Source: an uncultured delta proteobacterium (GTDB lineage Bacteria; Desulfobacterota; RBG-13-43-22). Taken from it: a stretch of DNA of 64,000 bases. Shown piece after piece: positions 40,994-51,838 of the stretch. The position numbers and the translations under genes are program-made. Numbering within the stretch: the first letter of the stretch is position 1; every line of letters starts with the position of its first letter. Under the pieces are notes generated by a model. The model was not told where the DNA came from and made no database searches. It was given only the letters and a program-made list of their open reading frames with translations. The stretch is from assembly GCA_963843145.1 (NCBI GenBank), contig CAWJJC010000022.1:128001-192000 (forward strand). The letters run 5' to 3'.

Positions 40994-42358
40994 TTGGATT
41001 TCAGCGGAAAAAAAATATTGGTAGTCGGTTTAGGCAAAACGGGCCTGGCATTGACGGAATATTTAAAACGGCAGGGGTCCCGGGTCTTGGTCTCCGATTC
41101 CCGTTCACGAGAGGAACTGAAACCGCTGGTGTCCTCTGCTCTGGAAGGCACCTCCCCCTGGATCATTGAGGGCGGGGGGCATACGGTCGACTTTTTTCTC
41201 CAGGCCGACCTCATCCTGGTCAGTCCCGGGATTCCTTTGGACATTCTTCCGTTAAAAGCGGCCAGGGAAAAAGGAATCCCCATCTGGGGGGAACTGGAGC
41301 TTTTTTCGAGGAAATGTCGGACCCCGATCATTGCCGTTACCGGGACCAATGGGAAAACAACCACTACCGCCTTGATCAACGAAATGCTTCTGGAGGGTGG
41401 ATTTTCGACCTTTCTGGGAGGGAATATCGGTCGGCCCTTGGTGGAGTACCTCTTGAACGGCCAGGATAAAAACTTTGTAGTCGCCGAGATCAGCAGTTTT
41501 CAATTGGATACGGCCCGACATTTTCGCCCTCGGGTAGGCGTGCTGTTAAATATTACCGAAGACCACCTGGATCGCTATCCCGATTTTCAGGGTTATATCC
41601 ATTCCAAAGCCGGTCTCTTCCGCAATCAGGGTGAAGACAACGCCGCGGTTTTGAACTGGGATGATCCGTTGGTGCGCGGGATCGGGCAGCAGTTGAGAGT
41701 CCCGGTTTATTATTTCAGCCGGACCGAGCCCCTGACCCTGGGCGCCTATCTGGATCAGGATCGGCTGCGTTTAAATCTCAGCGGGTCGGCGGAAGAGTAT
41801 GATCTGCGGGCCTTTTCCTTGTCCGGCGTCCATAATCGGGAAAATGCCCTGGCGGCTGTCCTGGGCGCCCGGCTGTTGGGGGCCGCCTCTGAGGATATAC
41901 AACGGGCCTTGGAGCAGTTTAAAGGTTTCGGGCACCGCCTGGAGTGGGTGGCCGAGGTCCGGGGAATTCAATTCTTCGATGACTCCAAGGGGACCAACGT
42001 GGGGGCCGTGGTGAAGGCCCTGGAAGGTTTTTCCCAGCCGGTGATCCTGATTGCCGGAGGCCGCGACAAAGGGGGAGATTACGGACCCTTAAAGGGGCTG
42101 ATTCGGGGGAAAGTCAAGTCCCTTATCTTGATTGGGGAGGCTCGGGAAAAAATGCGAGAACAGTTGGGGAATCTGACCTCCACTGAGTTGGCCGATTCCC
42201 TGGAAGCGGCGGTTTTCCGGTCTTTCAGACAGGGGGAACCTGGAGACGTAGTTCTTCTTTCCCCAGGCTGTTCCAGCTTTGATATGTTCAGGGACTACAC
42301 CCAGCGGGGCGAGGTCTTTCAACAGGCGGTCAGACAGCTAAAAAGGACTCATGAATAA
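40994..42358 (+). CDS. murD: UDP-MurNAc-L-Ala:D-Glu ligase
   Basis: GLGKTG, TGTNGKTT, EISSFQL, DHLDRY, DDSKGTN, LLSPGCSSFD. Confidence 0.96.
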   Translation: MDFSGKKILVVGLGKTGLALTEYLKRQGSRVLVSDSRSREELKPLVSSALEGTSPWIIEGGGHTVDFFLQADLILVSPGIPLDILPLKAAREKGIPIWGELELFSRKCRTPIIAVTGTNGKTTTTALINEMLLEGGFSTFLGGNIGRPLVEYLLNGQDKNFVVAEISSFQLDTARHFRPRVGVLLNITEDHLDRYPDFQGYIHSKAGLFRNQGEDNAAVLNWDDPLVRGIGQQLRVPVYYFSRTEPLTLGAYLDQDRLRLNLSGSAEEYDLRAFSLSGVHNRENALAAVLGARLLGAASEDIQRALEQFKGFGHRLEWVAEVRGIQFFDDSKGTNVGAVVKALEGFSQPVILIAGGRDKGGDYGPLKGLIRGKVKSLILIGEAREKMREQLGNLTSTELADSLEAAVFRSFRQGEPGDVVLLSPGCSSFDMFRDYTQRGEVFQQAVRQLKRTHE

Positions 42359-43547
42359 TTACAGCCAACCCTTAGAAGGAAAAACCGCCTTGGCCGGGAG
42401 AAGGATGACCGCTTCTCCCGGCGCAGAATCCGAAACGACGCTCCAGAGAGGCCGGAGCCTCAATTATGTCTGGCTGGGGCTGACGGTCCTCCTGGTGCTG
42501 ATCGGCATTGTTATGGTCTACAGCGCCAGTTCCCGCCTGGCGGCGGAACGTTATCATAACAGTTTTTATTTTGCCCAGAAACAAGCGGCCTTTGCCCTCT
42601 TCGGGTTCTTGGCGCTGCTGGTCTTTCGATATATCCCGTATCAGGTTTACCAGCGTTGGGTCTATTGGGCCATGGGAGCCAGCTTACTCTGTCTGATTTT
42701 AGTTTTGATTCCGGGTATCGGGTCACGGGTGGGGGGAGCTTCCCGCTGGTTTCGTTTGGGCGGCGTCTCTTTCCAGCCGGCCGAGTTTTCCAAGCTGGTA
42801 CTGGTGATTTTTCTGTCGTATTCCATGACCAAGAAACAGGCGGTCATGAAGACCTTATCCCAAGGCTTTCTGTTTCATGTGGGGGTGGTCTTGCTTTTTA
42901 TGGCCCTGGTTTTAGCCGAACCGGACCTGGGCATGGCCATTAGTATTCTGCTGCTCACGGGGGTCCTTTTGTTTGTAGGCGGGGTTAGGCTGAAACACCT
43001 GCTCGTGTCCCTGGTCCCCCTGATCCCGCTGACTTATTTTCTAGTCTGGCGGGTCCCCTATAGGCGGCTGCGGGTGTTGTCCTATCTGAATCCCTGGGGA
43101 GACCCTTTGGGGTCGGGATTTCATCTGATCCATTCTTTTTATGCCTTTGGGGCCGGAGGGTTGACCGGTCAGGGGTTGGGGGGGAGCCATCAGAAGCTTT
43201 TCTATCTGCCGGAACCCCATACGGATTTCATTTTTTCCATTCTGGGAGAGGAATTGGGTTTTATCGGAGTCTCGATAGTGGCCGCGCTATTTCTGTTTTT
43301 TATGATTCGATGCCTCCTGCTGGCCCTCCGGAAAAAAGACCTCTTTGGGATCTATCTGACGGTCGGGATTACGGTCATGATCGGTCTGCAGGCGTTTATC
43401 AACATGCTGGTGGTCATGGGTTTGCTGCCCACCAAGGGGTTGACCCTCCCATTTTTAAGTTACGGTGGGACCTCATTGCTTCTCAACCTGATCTGCGTGG
43501 GCATCCTGATGAATATTTCCGCCCAAAGCCAGGAAGAAGGCGGATGA
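42351..43547 (+). CDS. ftsW: SEDS peptidoglycan polymerase FtsW
   Basis: MVYSAS, FQPAEFSK, EPDLG, LPEPHTDFIF, LPFLSYGG. Confidence 0.95.
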   Translation: MNNYSQPLEGKTALAGRRMTASPGAESETTLQRGRSLNYVWLGLTVLLVLIGIVMVYSASSRLAAERYHNSFYFAQKQAAFALFGFLALLVFRYIPYQVYQRWVYWAMGASLLCLILVLIPGIGSRVGGASRWFRLGGVSFQPAEFSKLVLVIFLSYSMTKKQAVMKTLSQGFLFHVGVVLLFMALVLAEPDLGMAISILLLTGVLLFVGGVRLKHLLVSLVPLIPLTYFLVWRVPYRRLRVLSYLNPWGDPLGSGFHLIHSFYAFGAGGLTGQGLGGSHQKLFYLPEPHTDFIFSILGEELGFIGVSIVAALFLFFMIRCLLLALRKKDLFGIYLTVGITVMIGLQAFINMLVVMGLLPTKGLTLPFLSYGGTSLLLNLICVGILMNISAQSQEEGG

Positions 43548-44635
43548 AGGTCCTGATCGCCGGGGGAGGTACCGGGGGCCATTTATTCCCGGGGATTGCC
43601 ATCGCTGAAACCTTTATGGCCCAAGATCCTGAAAACCAGGTTCATTTTGTCAGCACCCGTCGGGCCATCGACCAGCAGGTGTTGCCCTCTTGGGGATTTC
43701 CTTCCCAGACCATCGAGGCCGAGGGGATTAAAGGACGTGGAGTGCTTGGGCAACTGAAAGCCTTGTTTAAGATCCCCGGCGCGTTGAAAGAGTCCTGGCG
43801 GATCCTCCAGGAGTTCCAACCCCACCTGATCATCGGGGTGGGGGGTTATGTTTCCGGACCGGTAGTCCTGGCCGGGCGGTTGAAAGGGATCCCCACGGCC
43901 ATTCAAGAGCAGAATTCGATTCCCGGCCTGACCAACCGGATATTAGCCCTGTTGGTGGATCGGATTTATTATTCCTTCGAAAAAAGCCGGGAATATTTTC
44001 CCGCCCGAAAATCGTTATGGACCGGCAACCCGGTCCGCCGGGAACTAAAGCGGGTCTTGGAAGAGCCCTCCAGTCCCCAAGCCCCTATGACCATTTTGGT
44101 TCTGGGAGGGAGTTTGGGCGCCCACCGGCTTAACCAATTGGTCACGGAAGCCCTGGACTTTTTAGTGGAACTCAATAAGGACTTGTCATTTATCCATCAA
44201 ACTGGCACAAAGGATGAAGATTGGGTCCGGGAGGCTTACCTGAAAAAGGGATTTCAACATCAGGTCCTGGCCTTTATTTCCGACATGGTTTGGGCTTACG
44301 GTCGGGCCGATATGTTGATTTGCCGTTCCGGGGCCACTACCTTGGCCGAGATAACGGCCCTGGGCAAGGCGAGCTTCTTGATCCCCTTCCCTTTCGCCAC
44401 CAACAACCACCAGGAAGAAAACGCCCGTGCTCTTGTTCTGCGAGGTGCGGCCGAGATGGTTCCGGAAAAGGAACTCACGGGCGCGGGATTAGCCGCGGTC
44501 ATCCAAAAATGGCGAAATGACCCCGAACACCGGGCCGATCTGGCCGCCCAAGCGAAAACCTTGGGCCGCTGGCAGGCGGCGGAGGAAATTGTTGAAAACG
44601 CTATTCAGTTGGTTTGGAAAGGCAAGCGGAATTAA
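43544..44635 (+). CDS. murG: Undecaprenyl-PP-MurNAc-pentapeptide GlcNAc transferase
   Basis: [43 protein letters not shown]. Confidence 0.96.
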   Translation: MKVLIAGGGTGGHLFPGIAIAETFMAQDPENQVHFVSTRRAIDQQVLPSWGFPSQTIEAEGIKGRGVLGQLKALFKIPGALKESWRILQEFQPHLIIGVGGYVSGPVVLAGRLKGIPTAIQEQNSIPGLTNRILALLVDRIYYSFEKSREYFPARKSLWTGNPVRRELKRVLEEPSSPQAPMTILVLGGSLGAHRLNQLVTEALDFLVELNKDLSFIHQTGTKDEDWVREAYLKKGFQHQVLAFISDMVWAYGRADMLICRSGATTLAEITALGKASFLIPFPFATNNHQEENARALVLRGAAEMVPEKELTGAGLAAVIQKWRNDPEHRADLAAQAKTLGRWQAAEEIVENAIQLVWKGKRN

Positions 44636-46032
44636 TGGACCATAAACCCTATCCTCGTTTTCAGCATATTCACTTTATCGGCATCGGGGGCATTGGCATG
44701 AGCGGGATAGCCGAGGTACTCCTCAACTTAGGCTACCGGGTCAGCGGATCAGATCGGAGAGAAACCGAGATCACCCGCAGGCTGGCTTCTCTGGGAGGAC
44801 GGATTTTTTATGACCACCGCCCGGAGCATATCCAGGGGGCTGAAGTGATCGTCACCTCTTCGGCGGTACGGCCGGACAATCCCGAGGTCATCGCTGCCCG
44901 CCAGGCGTTGCTGCCGGTTATTCCCCGAGCCGAAATGCTGGCTGAACTGATGCGTTTGAAATACGGCATTGCCGTGGCCGGGGCCCACGGCAAGACCACC
45001 ACCACTTCCATGGTGGCCGCTGTTTTGGCCAGGGGGGGATTGGATCCAACCGTGGTCATCGGCGGGCGGTTGGACATTTGGGGGACCAACGCCCGCTTGG
45101 GGCAGGGCCCTTTTTTAGTGGCTGAAGCCGACGAGAGTGATGGGTCGTTCCTCCACTTGACCCCCAGTATCGCCCTGGTCACCAACCTCGATCTGGAGCA
45201 TCTGGATTTTTATCGGGACCTGCAGCATATCCAGGAGACTTTTTTGGCCTTTTTGAACCGATTGCCCTTCTACGGCTTGGCCATTCTCTGCCTGGATGAT
45301 CCTTATTTGCCCTCCCTGATCCCGGAATTAAAAAAACGGTATCGGACGTACGGATTGACGGCTCAGGCCGATTTCCAAGCCCGGGATGTCCGCCAAGAGG
45401 GGTTGGTCACCCATTACCGGCTGTTCGCCCAGGGAAAGGAATGGGGTGATCTTCGTTTCAAGCTTCCGGGCCTGCACAACGTCTATAATTCCCTGGCCGC
45501 CATCGCAGCCGGCTTTGAATTGGAAATCCCCTTTAACCTGATCCAGGAGGCCTTTGAACACTTAGGCGGGGTGCAAAGACGCTTTCAAATAAAAGGCGAG
45601 TACGGGGGGGCCACAGTGCTGGATGATTACGGCCATCACCCTACGGAAATCCGGGCCACCCTCAATGCCATCCGAGGGTGTTGGCCCGACCGCCGCTTGG
45701 TGGTGTTGTTTCAACCCCATCGCTATTCCCGCAGCCGGGCCTTGCGGGAAGAATTCACCACGGCCTTTTACCAGGCGGACCAACTGCTCCTGTTGCCCAT
45801 CTATGGGGCCGGAGAAGACCCGATCGAAGGAGTGACTTCGGAAAAGCTCCTGGAAGGAATAAGGGCCAAAGGCCAAAAGGAAACGGCATTTTTCTCCTTA
45901 GCCGGAGAGGTTCTGGGGTATCTCCAAAACCAGTTAAGGCCGGGGGATATTCTGGTGACCCTGGGAGCCGGAGATGTTTGGAAGATAGGAGAAGAACTTG
46001 TCTCCAAGAAGGCAGATTCGGCAAAGCCTTGA
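44635..46032 (+). CDS. murC: UDP-MurNAc:L-Ala ligase
   Basis: [43 protein letters not shown]. Confidence 0.97.
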   Translation: MDHKPYPRFQHIHFIGIGGIGMSGIAEVLLNLGYRVSGSDRRETEITRRLASLGGRIFYDHRPEHIQGAEVIVTSSAVRPDNPEVIAARQALLPVIPRAEMLAELMRLKYGIAVAGAHGKTTTTSMVAAVLARGGLDPTVVIGGRLDIWGTNARLGQGPFLVAEADESDGSFLHLTPSIALVTNLDLEHLDFYRDLQHIQETFLAFLNRLPFYGLAILCLDDPYLPSLIPELKKRYRTYGLTAQADFQARDVRQEGLVTHYRLFAQGKEWGDLRFKLPGLHNVYNSLAAIAAGFELEIPFNLIQEAFEHLGGVQRRFQIKGEYGGATVLDDYGHHPTEIRATLNAIRGCWPDRRLVVLFQPHRYSRSRALREEFTTAFYQADQLLLLPIYGAGEDPIEGVTSEKLLEGIRAKGQKETAFFSLAGEVLGYLQNQLRPGDILVTLGAGDVWKIGEELVSKKADSAKP

Positions 46033-46963
46033 AGCCCTCTGCCCTGGGCGGGTCAAAATCAGGGAGCCCTTGGCCCCGCTGACCACCTGGAAAATCGGTG
46101 GGATAGCGGATTGGCTGGTGACGCCCAAAGACGCGATGGAAGTGCAACAACTCCTGGCCGTTGGCCGTGAATTCCGGCTGCCCTGCTTTTTTTTGGGCGC
46201 CGGGAGCAACATCCTGGTGGGAGAACGTGGAGTTCGAGGGATTGTGATTCACTTGACCCCTTTTTTAAATTGGATTGAACCCCGGAAACGATCGGGGCGC
46301 GTACATTCCCTGGAGATCGGGGCCGGGACCCTCCTTTCCTCCGTGCTCCGTTACGGGGTTAAATACTCGCTGACGGGTTTGGAGTTCTTGGTCGGGATTC
46401 CCGGTTCTCTGGGTGGGGCCTGGGCCTTGAACGCCGGCAGTCAGGGGCGCGAAATTAAGGACCTGACCCGTTCGCTGAATATTATCGATTCCCGGGGCCA
46501 GGTCATAAAACGTACCCGTAAGGCCTTGGATTTTGGTTATCGTCGTCTGACCCTCAATCCCGGTGAAGTGATTGTTTCCGGTCTCTTGAAAGTAGCCCCT
46601 GGGAATCGAGAGGCGATCGTCCAGGAGATGCGCAAGCTGGTCAAAAAAAGAAGGGCTTCCCAACCTTGGCAATACCCCAGTTGCGGATCGGTGTTTAAAA
46701 ACCCTTCGGGGAACTATGCCGGACGGCTGATTGAAGCAGCCGGTATAAAAGGGAGGCAGCAGGGGGAAGCCCAAGTCTCTTGGAGACACGCCAACTTTAT
46801 CGTCAATCGCGGTCAGGCCCGGGCCCGAGACGTACTCCGCTTGATGCGGGTCATCCGTCAGCGGGTACAACGCCAAAGTGGGATCATCTTGGAACCGGAA
46901 GTTCGATTCTGGGGTTGTTCTTTAAACCCTCGCCGACGGGTTCCGAAGGTCGTTCAAGAATGA
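45998..46963 (+). CDS. murB: UDP-N-acetylenolpyruvoylglucosamine reductase
   Basis: [47 protein letters not shown]. Confidence 0.93.
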   Translation: MSPRRQIRQSLEALCPGRVKIREPLAPLTTWKIGGIADWLVTPKDAMEVQQLLAVGREFRLPCFFLGAGSNILVGERGVRGIVIHLTPFLNWIEPRKRSGRVHSLEIGAGTLLSSVLRYGVKYSLTGLEFLVGIPGSLGGAWALNAGSQGREIKDLTRSLNIIDSRGQVIKRTRKALDFGYRRLTLNPGEVIVSGLLKVAPGNREAIVQEMRKLVKKRRASQPWQYPSCGSVFKNPSGNYAGRLIEAAGIKGRQQGEAQVSWRHANFIVNRGQARARDVLRLMRVIRQRVQRQSGIILEPEVRFWGCSLNPRRRVPKVVQE

Positions 46964-47023
46964 CGGACCCGCAGAAAGTCGTTTTTGGACTTTTTGTGAG
47001 GTTATTGATCAGGGGAGAAAAGC

Positions 47024-47887
47024 ATGTATTTGGGAAAAACAAAACTGGGGGCCGCCGGTCGGAATGGTTTCCATCGGCCCCTAAAAGAAGGCGGGACCAA
47101 CTGGTTTCAACGGCTGGGGCACCACTTCTGGATCGGATCGATTGTCGTTATGATCCTGGTCGGGCTGAGTATTACCCTCTTGGTCGGATATTTAGTCGCC
47201 TTATCGGCGCCTTTCTTCCGATTGGAGGATGTTAACTTTCAGGGGAATAAACAGGTTTCTCAGCTTGAATTGTTGCAAAAAGGGGGGTTGGAGGATAAGC
47301 TGAATATCCTTTCCCTGAACCTGAGCGACGTCAAAAAAAAGATGGAGGCCATCCCCTGGGTCAAATCGGTGCAGTTGCGACGCGAGTTGCCCAATAAGCT
47401 CCTGGTTGCCGTTCAAGAACGGCAGCCCTTAAGCCTGGTATTGGTGGATGGGCGTCTCTTTTTTCTGGACCGGGAAGGCTTGGCTTTTAAGAAGGTCGAA
47501 CGCCGGGAGGGGTTCACTCTGCCGGTATTAACGGGTCTGCAAAAAGGCGACTGGCGAGAAAACGGTTATTTGGACCCTAAAGTTCTTCAAGAGATTTCCA
47601 CCTTGACCCTGTTGCTGGCGCAGGGAGTAGACCCGCTTTATCCCGACAAGCTTTCGGAAATTCATTATGATCCCGAATGCGGCTACTCCCTCTACACCCT
47701 GGATTACGGGGTTCGTATCACCTTGGGCCGCGGGGAGTTAAAAACGAAGATGGCCCGCCTGGAAAAGGTCTGGCGGAACCTGCAGAAACGCCCGGATCTT
47801 ATTAATCTTCGGGGCATTTCCCTGCAATACGGCCAACGGATTATCGTTCATGGCCTGCGGCCCTCTTCGGGTGGGAAAAAGGGTTAA
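47024..47887 (+). CDS. ftsQ: Cell division protein FtsQ (POTRA)
   Basis: One TM, POTRA (PWVKSVQLRRELPNKL..VQER); precedes ftsA. Confidence 0.85.
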   Translation: MYLGKTKLGAAGRNGFHRPLKEGGTNWFQRLGHHFWIGSIVVMILVGLSITLLVGYLVALSAPFFRLEDVNFQGNKQVSQLELLQKGGLEDKLNILSLNLSDVKKKMEAIPWVKSVQLRRELPNKLLVAVQERQPLSLVLVDGRLFFLDREGLAFKKVERREGFTLPVLTGLQKGDWRENGYLDPKVLQEISTLTLLLAQGVDPLYPDKLSEIHYDPECGYSLYTLDYGVRITLGRGELKTKMARLEKVWRNLQKRPDLINLRGISLQYGQRIIVHGLRPSSGGKKG

Positions 47888-47942
47888 TCCCTTTGAAGGA
47901 GAGGCCGCCGAGCAGAGCAATAGGAAAGGAGGTGAACGCCTG

Positions 47943-49163
47943 ATGGAATCGAATCTGGTGGTAGGGCTGGATATCGGAACGACCAAAATATGCGCCGTAG
48001 TGGGAGAAGTTTCCGCCGAGGGGGTGGATATTATCGGTATGGGGACCCATCCCTCCGTGGGATTGCGCAAAGGGGTGGTGGTCAATATTGAGAGCACGGT
48101 CAATTCCATCAAAAAGGCCGTGGAAGAGGCGGAACTCATGGCTGGCTGTGAAATCACCTCGGTCTATGCCGGGATTGCAGGCGGTCATATCAAAGGCTTC
48201 AACAGTCACGGGGTGATCGCCGTCAAAAGCCGGGAAGTTACCCGGGGGGACATCGAACGGGTGATCGAGGCCGCCAAGGCCATTGCCATCCCCTTGGATC
48301 GGGAGGTCATCCATGTTCTGCCCCAGGAATTCATTGTCGATGACCAGGACGGGATCCAAGACCCGCTGGGAATGGCCGGCGTGCGTCTGGAAGTCAAGGT
48401 CCATATTATCACCGGGGCGGTCACCTCGGCCCAGAACATCATTCGCTGCGCCAACAAGGCCGGGTTGGATGTCTGCGATATCGTATTGGAATCCGTTGCT
48501 TCCAGCGAGACGGTGCTCTCCCCCGAAGAAAAAGAATTGGGAGTGGCGTTAATCGATTTCGGCGGCGGGACCACGGATTTGGCCATTTTTTCCAACAACA
48601 GTATCAAACACACCGCCATATTACCCTTGGGGGGTCATAACCTGACCAACGATATTGCGGTGGGCCTGCGGACGCCCCACCAGGCCGCCGAACGGATCAA
48701 GAAAATGCACGGTTGCGGTTTGAGTTCGATGATCAACAAGGAAGAGACCCTGGAAGTTCCCAGCGTGGGGGGCCGAAAACCGCGGATGATCTCCCGGCAG
48801 ATTTTAGGGGAGATCCTGGAACCCCGAGTGGAAGAAATTTTTACCTTGGTTAACCGTGAAATTCTACGGTCCGGATTCGGGGATTTGATCGCTTCCGGGG
48901 TGGTGATCACCGGGGGATCTTCATTGATGGAAGGCCTTCCGGAGTTGGGGGAACAGATTTTTAATCTTCCCTGCCGCCGTGGTTATCCTCAGGGATTCGG
49001 CGGCATCACGGATGTGGTCAATAATCCCATGTATGCTACGGCCGTGGGACTTACCCTCTATGGGGCCCGTTCCATGCCCCGAAAGAAATTTCGCATTCGC
49101 GATCAAAATATTTTCTATCGGGTCATGGAACGGATGAAACGCTGGTTTAAAGAGATGATGTGA
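47943..49163 (+). CDS. ftsA: Cell division protein FtsA
   Basis: VGLDIGTTKI, DFGGGTTD, GGHNLTNDIA, C-terminal amphipathic helix MKRWFKE. Confidence 0.97.
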   Translation: MESNLVVGLDIGTTKICAVVGEVSAEGVDIIGMGTHPSVGLRKGVVVNIESTVNSIKKAVEEAELMAGCEITSVYAGIAGGHIKGFNSHGVIAVKSREVTRGDIERVIEAAKAIAIPLDREVIHVLPQEFIVDDQDGIQDPLGMAGVRLEVKVHIITGAVTSAQNIIRCANKAGLDVCDIVLESVASSETVLSPEEKELGVALIDFGGGTTDLAIFSNNSIKHTAILPLGGHNLTNDIAVGLRTPHQAAERIKKMHGCGLSSMINKEETLEVPSVGGRKPRMISRQILGEILEPRVEEIFTLVNREILRSGFGDLIASGVVITGGSSLMEGLPELGEQIFNLPCRRGYPQGFGGITDVVNNPMYATAVGLTLYGARSMPRKKFRIRDQNIFYRVMERMKRWFKEMM

Positions 49164-49273
49164 TCAGAAAACGGCCGATAGATCGTTTTTTGGGAAGGAA
49201 GTATAAAATGATGTTGACCGCTAGCCCGGTTTTGGATACAAACAATAGACAGCAACGAGAGGGAGGAGAAGGG

Positions 49274-50455
49274 ATGAAAATCGAACTGGTCGAAATGGAG
49301 GCAAGGCCGATTCAGAAGGCCAAAATTCGGGTCATCGGCATAGGAGGCGGTGGAACCAATGCCGTGAACAACATGATTCAGTCCGACCTGAAAGGGGTGG
49401 ATTTTATTGCCGCCAATACCGATATTCAATCCTTAACCTCTTCCCTGGCGACGGTTCAAATTCAATTGGGGGCCAATCTGACCGGCGGATTGGGGGCCGG
49501 GGCCAACCCTGAAATGGGCCGGAATGCCACCTTGGAAGACACGGATAAGATTCGGGAAGAATTGGCGGGGAGCCATATGGTCTTCATCACCGCCGGCATG
49601 GGCGGGGGAACCGGAACCGGCGGGGCCCCGATTATCGCTAAGATCAGCAGGGAACTGGGAGCCCTGACCGTGGCGGTCGTCACCAAGCCCTTTCACTTTG
49701 AGGGGCAGCGTCGCCTCAAACAATCCGAGGAAGGCATTCGGGAGTTGCGAAATACGGTGGACACCCTGATCACCATCCCTAATGACCGTTTGATTTCCCT
49801 GGCCACCAAAAAAGCCTCTTTTCTGGAAATGCTTAAGAAAGCCGATGATGTTCTTCTGTACGCGGTCAAAGGAATATCCGACCTGATTACGATTCCCGGT
49901 TTGATCAACCTGGATTTTGCCGATGTCCGGACCATTATGGCCGAAATGGGTATCGCGCTGATGGGGACGGGCCTGGCCAGCGGAGAAAACCGGGCCATGG
50001 AAGCCGCCCAGAAGGCTATTTCCAGTCCCCTGTTGGAGGATATTACCATCTCCGGCGCCCGGGCCGTCCTGATGAACATCACCGCCAGTTCGAACCTGGG
50101 TTTTGAAGAAGTAAATGAGGCTTCCAGTCTCATTCAAAAGGAGGTCCACGAGGAGGCCAACATCATCTGGGGGACGGCCATTGATGAGTCCATGGGAGAT
50201 GAACTTCGCATTACTGTAATCGCTACGGGAATCAACTCTCGGGAAGACCGGGTTCCAGTCGAATTGGAAAAGTTTCGGCCGACCATCCAGGACTCGATCA
50301 AAGAGCGCTCGGAAGACCTGGAAAAGCCCACTTTTATTCGCTCTGGCAAAGTCCTTGATCGGGTTGGACCACGCCGTCCGGCCAAACCGGCTGAATTTTA
50401 TTTTGATGAAGAGGAGTTAGAGGTTCCGACCTTTATTCGCAAGGCAGCCGATTAA
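49274..50455 (+). CDS. ftsZ: Cell division protein FtsZ
   Basis: [28 protein letters not shown]-terminal EVPTFIRK. Confidence 0.98.
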   Translation: MKIELVEMEARPIQKAKIRVIGIGGGGTNAVNNMIQSDLKGVDFIAANTDIQSLTSSLATVQIQLGANLTGGLGAGANPEMGRNATLEDTDKIREELAGSHMVFITAGMGGGTGTGGAPIIAKISRELGALTVAVVTKPFHFEGQRRLKQSEEGIRELRNTVDTLITIPNDRLISLATKKASFLEMLKKADDVLLYAVKGISDLITIPGLINLDFADVRTIMAEMGIALMGTGLASGENRAMEAAQKAISSPLLEDITISGARAVLMNITASSNLGFEEVNEASSLIQKEVHEEANIIWGTAIDESMGDELRITVIATGINSREDRVPVELEKFRPTIQDSIKERSEDLEKPTFIRSGKVLDRVGPRRPAKPAEFYFDEEELEVPTFIRKAAD

Positions 50456-50613
50456 ATCATTCTTTTAACCTCCTCCCTGGTAAATACCGGGGTAGATCCG
50501 AAGTGAGGGCCTCCCCGTTCGGGATTTAAGATCAGGTGGCTTCTGAGCGGTTGACTTTTTCTGTCCGCGAGCTTATTTTTTTATAGAAAAGGGCTAATGG
50601 ATGGAGGGTAACC

Positions 50614-51063
50614 ATGACCATGCCATTGATAAAAAAAGAGAGAAGGCCGGCCTGGATGACCCCTTTCGGTGAAGAGGGATGGGGCGATATTTTTATGGAT
50701 CGACTCTGGCGGGAATGGCCTCGTTGGAAAGGGGAGGAATGGGTACCCACCTTTAATTTTTATGAAAAGGAGGGAAAATATTTTCTGACTGCGGAGATTC
50801 CGGGGGTCGAGAAAAAGGATATCGTCATTTCCATTGATCATAATGTGCTGACGATCAGCGGCAGGAAGGAAGTGAAAAAGGAAGAAGAGGGAGCAAATTA
50901 TTATCTTCGGGAGTCTTCTTACGGCTCTTTTTCCCGAAGTCTGCGCCTGCCCGGGGATGTCCAGGAGGATCAGGTGGAGGCTTCTTTCAGGGAAGGGGTC
51001 TTAAGTGTCGTTATTCCCCAGGCTGAAAGCCCTAAAACCAAAAAAATAGAAATTAAAAGTTAG
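50614..51063 (+). CDS. Small heat shock protein (Hsp20)
   Basis: AEIPGVEKKDI, LTISG, ESSYGSFSRSLRLP, ASFREGVL, IEIK. Confidence 0.93.
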   Translation: MTMPLIKKERRPAWMTPFGEEGWGDIFMDRLWREWPRWKGEEWVPTFNFYEKEGKYFLTAEIPGVEKKDIVISIDHNVLTISGRKEVKKEEEGANYYLRESSYGSFSRSLRLPGDVQEDQVEASFREGVLSVVIPQAESPKTKKIEIKS

Positions 51064-51075
51064 TCTAAAGAAAAG

Positions 51076-51111
51076 GGGTCAAGGGGGAAGGGTATCCTGA
51101 TCCTTTGACCC
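51076..51111. terminator. Hairpin between convergent hsp20 and SLT genes
   Basis: GGGTCAAGGG...CCTTTGACCC stem. Confidence 0.5.
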
Positions 51112-51121
51112 GTTGAGAGTG

Positions 51122-51835
51122 CTAGGCTCTTTTCAAAATTTCGGTATAGGCTTTTTCTACCTTTAAGATGTAGCGTTGGGTTTCTTTGGGCAGGGCCTCC
51201 GGACGTTTTTCCAGATTCCCCATCCCCCAATTATAGGCGGCCAAGGCCAATCGTCGGTTCCCTTGATAGCGGTTCAGCAATTGACGCAGGTAACGGGCTC
51301 CCCCCTCAATATTCTGCGCCGGATCAAAAGAATTGGTCACGCCCATCTCGGCTGCTGTATTAGGCATTAACTGCATCAGGCCTTGGGCCCCCACCGAGGA
51401 AACCGCCTCCGGATTACGGTTGCTTTCTACTTGTATGACCGCCCGGATCAGGGCCGGATCCAATTCGTATTTAGCGGCGGCTTTACTGATCGGGTAGTCA
51501 AAATCTTGTCCCTTGATCTTGGGTTTTGACTCTTCCTGCCCTTCGCAGTATCTGTCCGCAGGTAGTTCTCTTTCCGGGATTTGCGCTGGGAAATCTTCCA
51601 GAACAAAGGCCGGAGGAATGGCGCTGCTGTCGGGTTCGATCCTGGCTTCAGCCAAAGTTTTTTCAATCATTTTAAATAATAAGGCCAAAAAGAAACTATC
51701 CACCGAAGATTGAGGACTCCGATTCTCTACAGGTTGGGAAGGGTTTGACCGCAGGTCTTTTTCCCAAGGGCGGTCAATCCATAAATTGGATTCCCAGGAT
51801 GAGATCTTGGGGAGCATGTTGGACTTAATAAGCAA
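51122..51835 (-). CDS. Lytic transglycosylase (SLT domain), probably flagellar-associated
   Basis: AVIQVES, AVSSVGAQGLMQLMP, ALAAYNWG, PKETQRY. Confidence 0.9.
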   Translation of the reverse strand: MLIKSNMLPKISSWESNLWIDRPWEKDLRSNPSQPVENRSPQSSVDSFFLALLFKMIEKTLAEARIEPDSSAIPPAFVLEDFPAQIPERELPADRYCEGQEESKPKIKGQDFDYPISKAAAKYELDPALIRAVIQVESNRNPEAVSSVGAQGLMQLMPNTAAEMGVTNSFDPAQNIEGGARYLRQLLNRYQGNRRLALAAYNWGMGNLEKRPEALPKETQRYILKVEKAYTEILKRA

Positions 51836-51838
51836 TGT

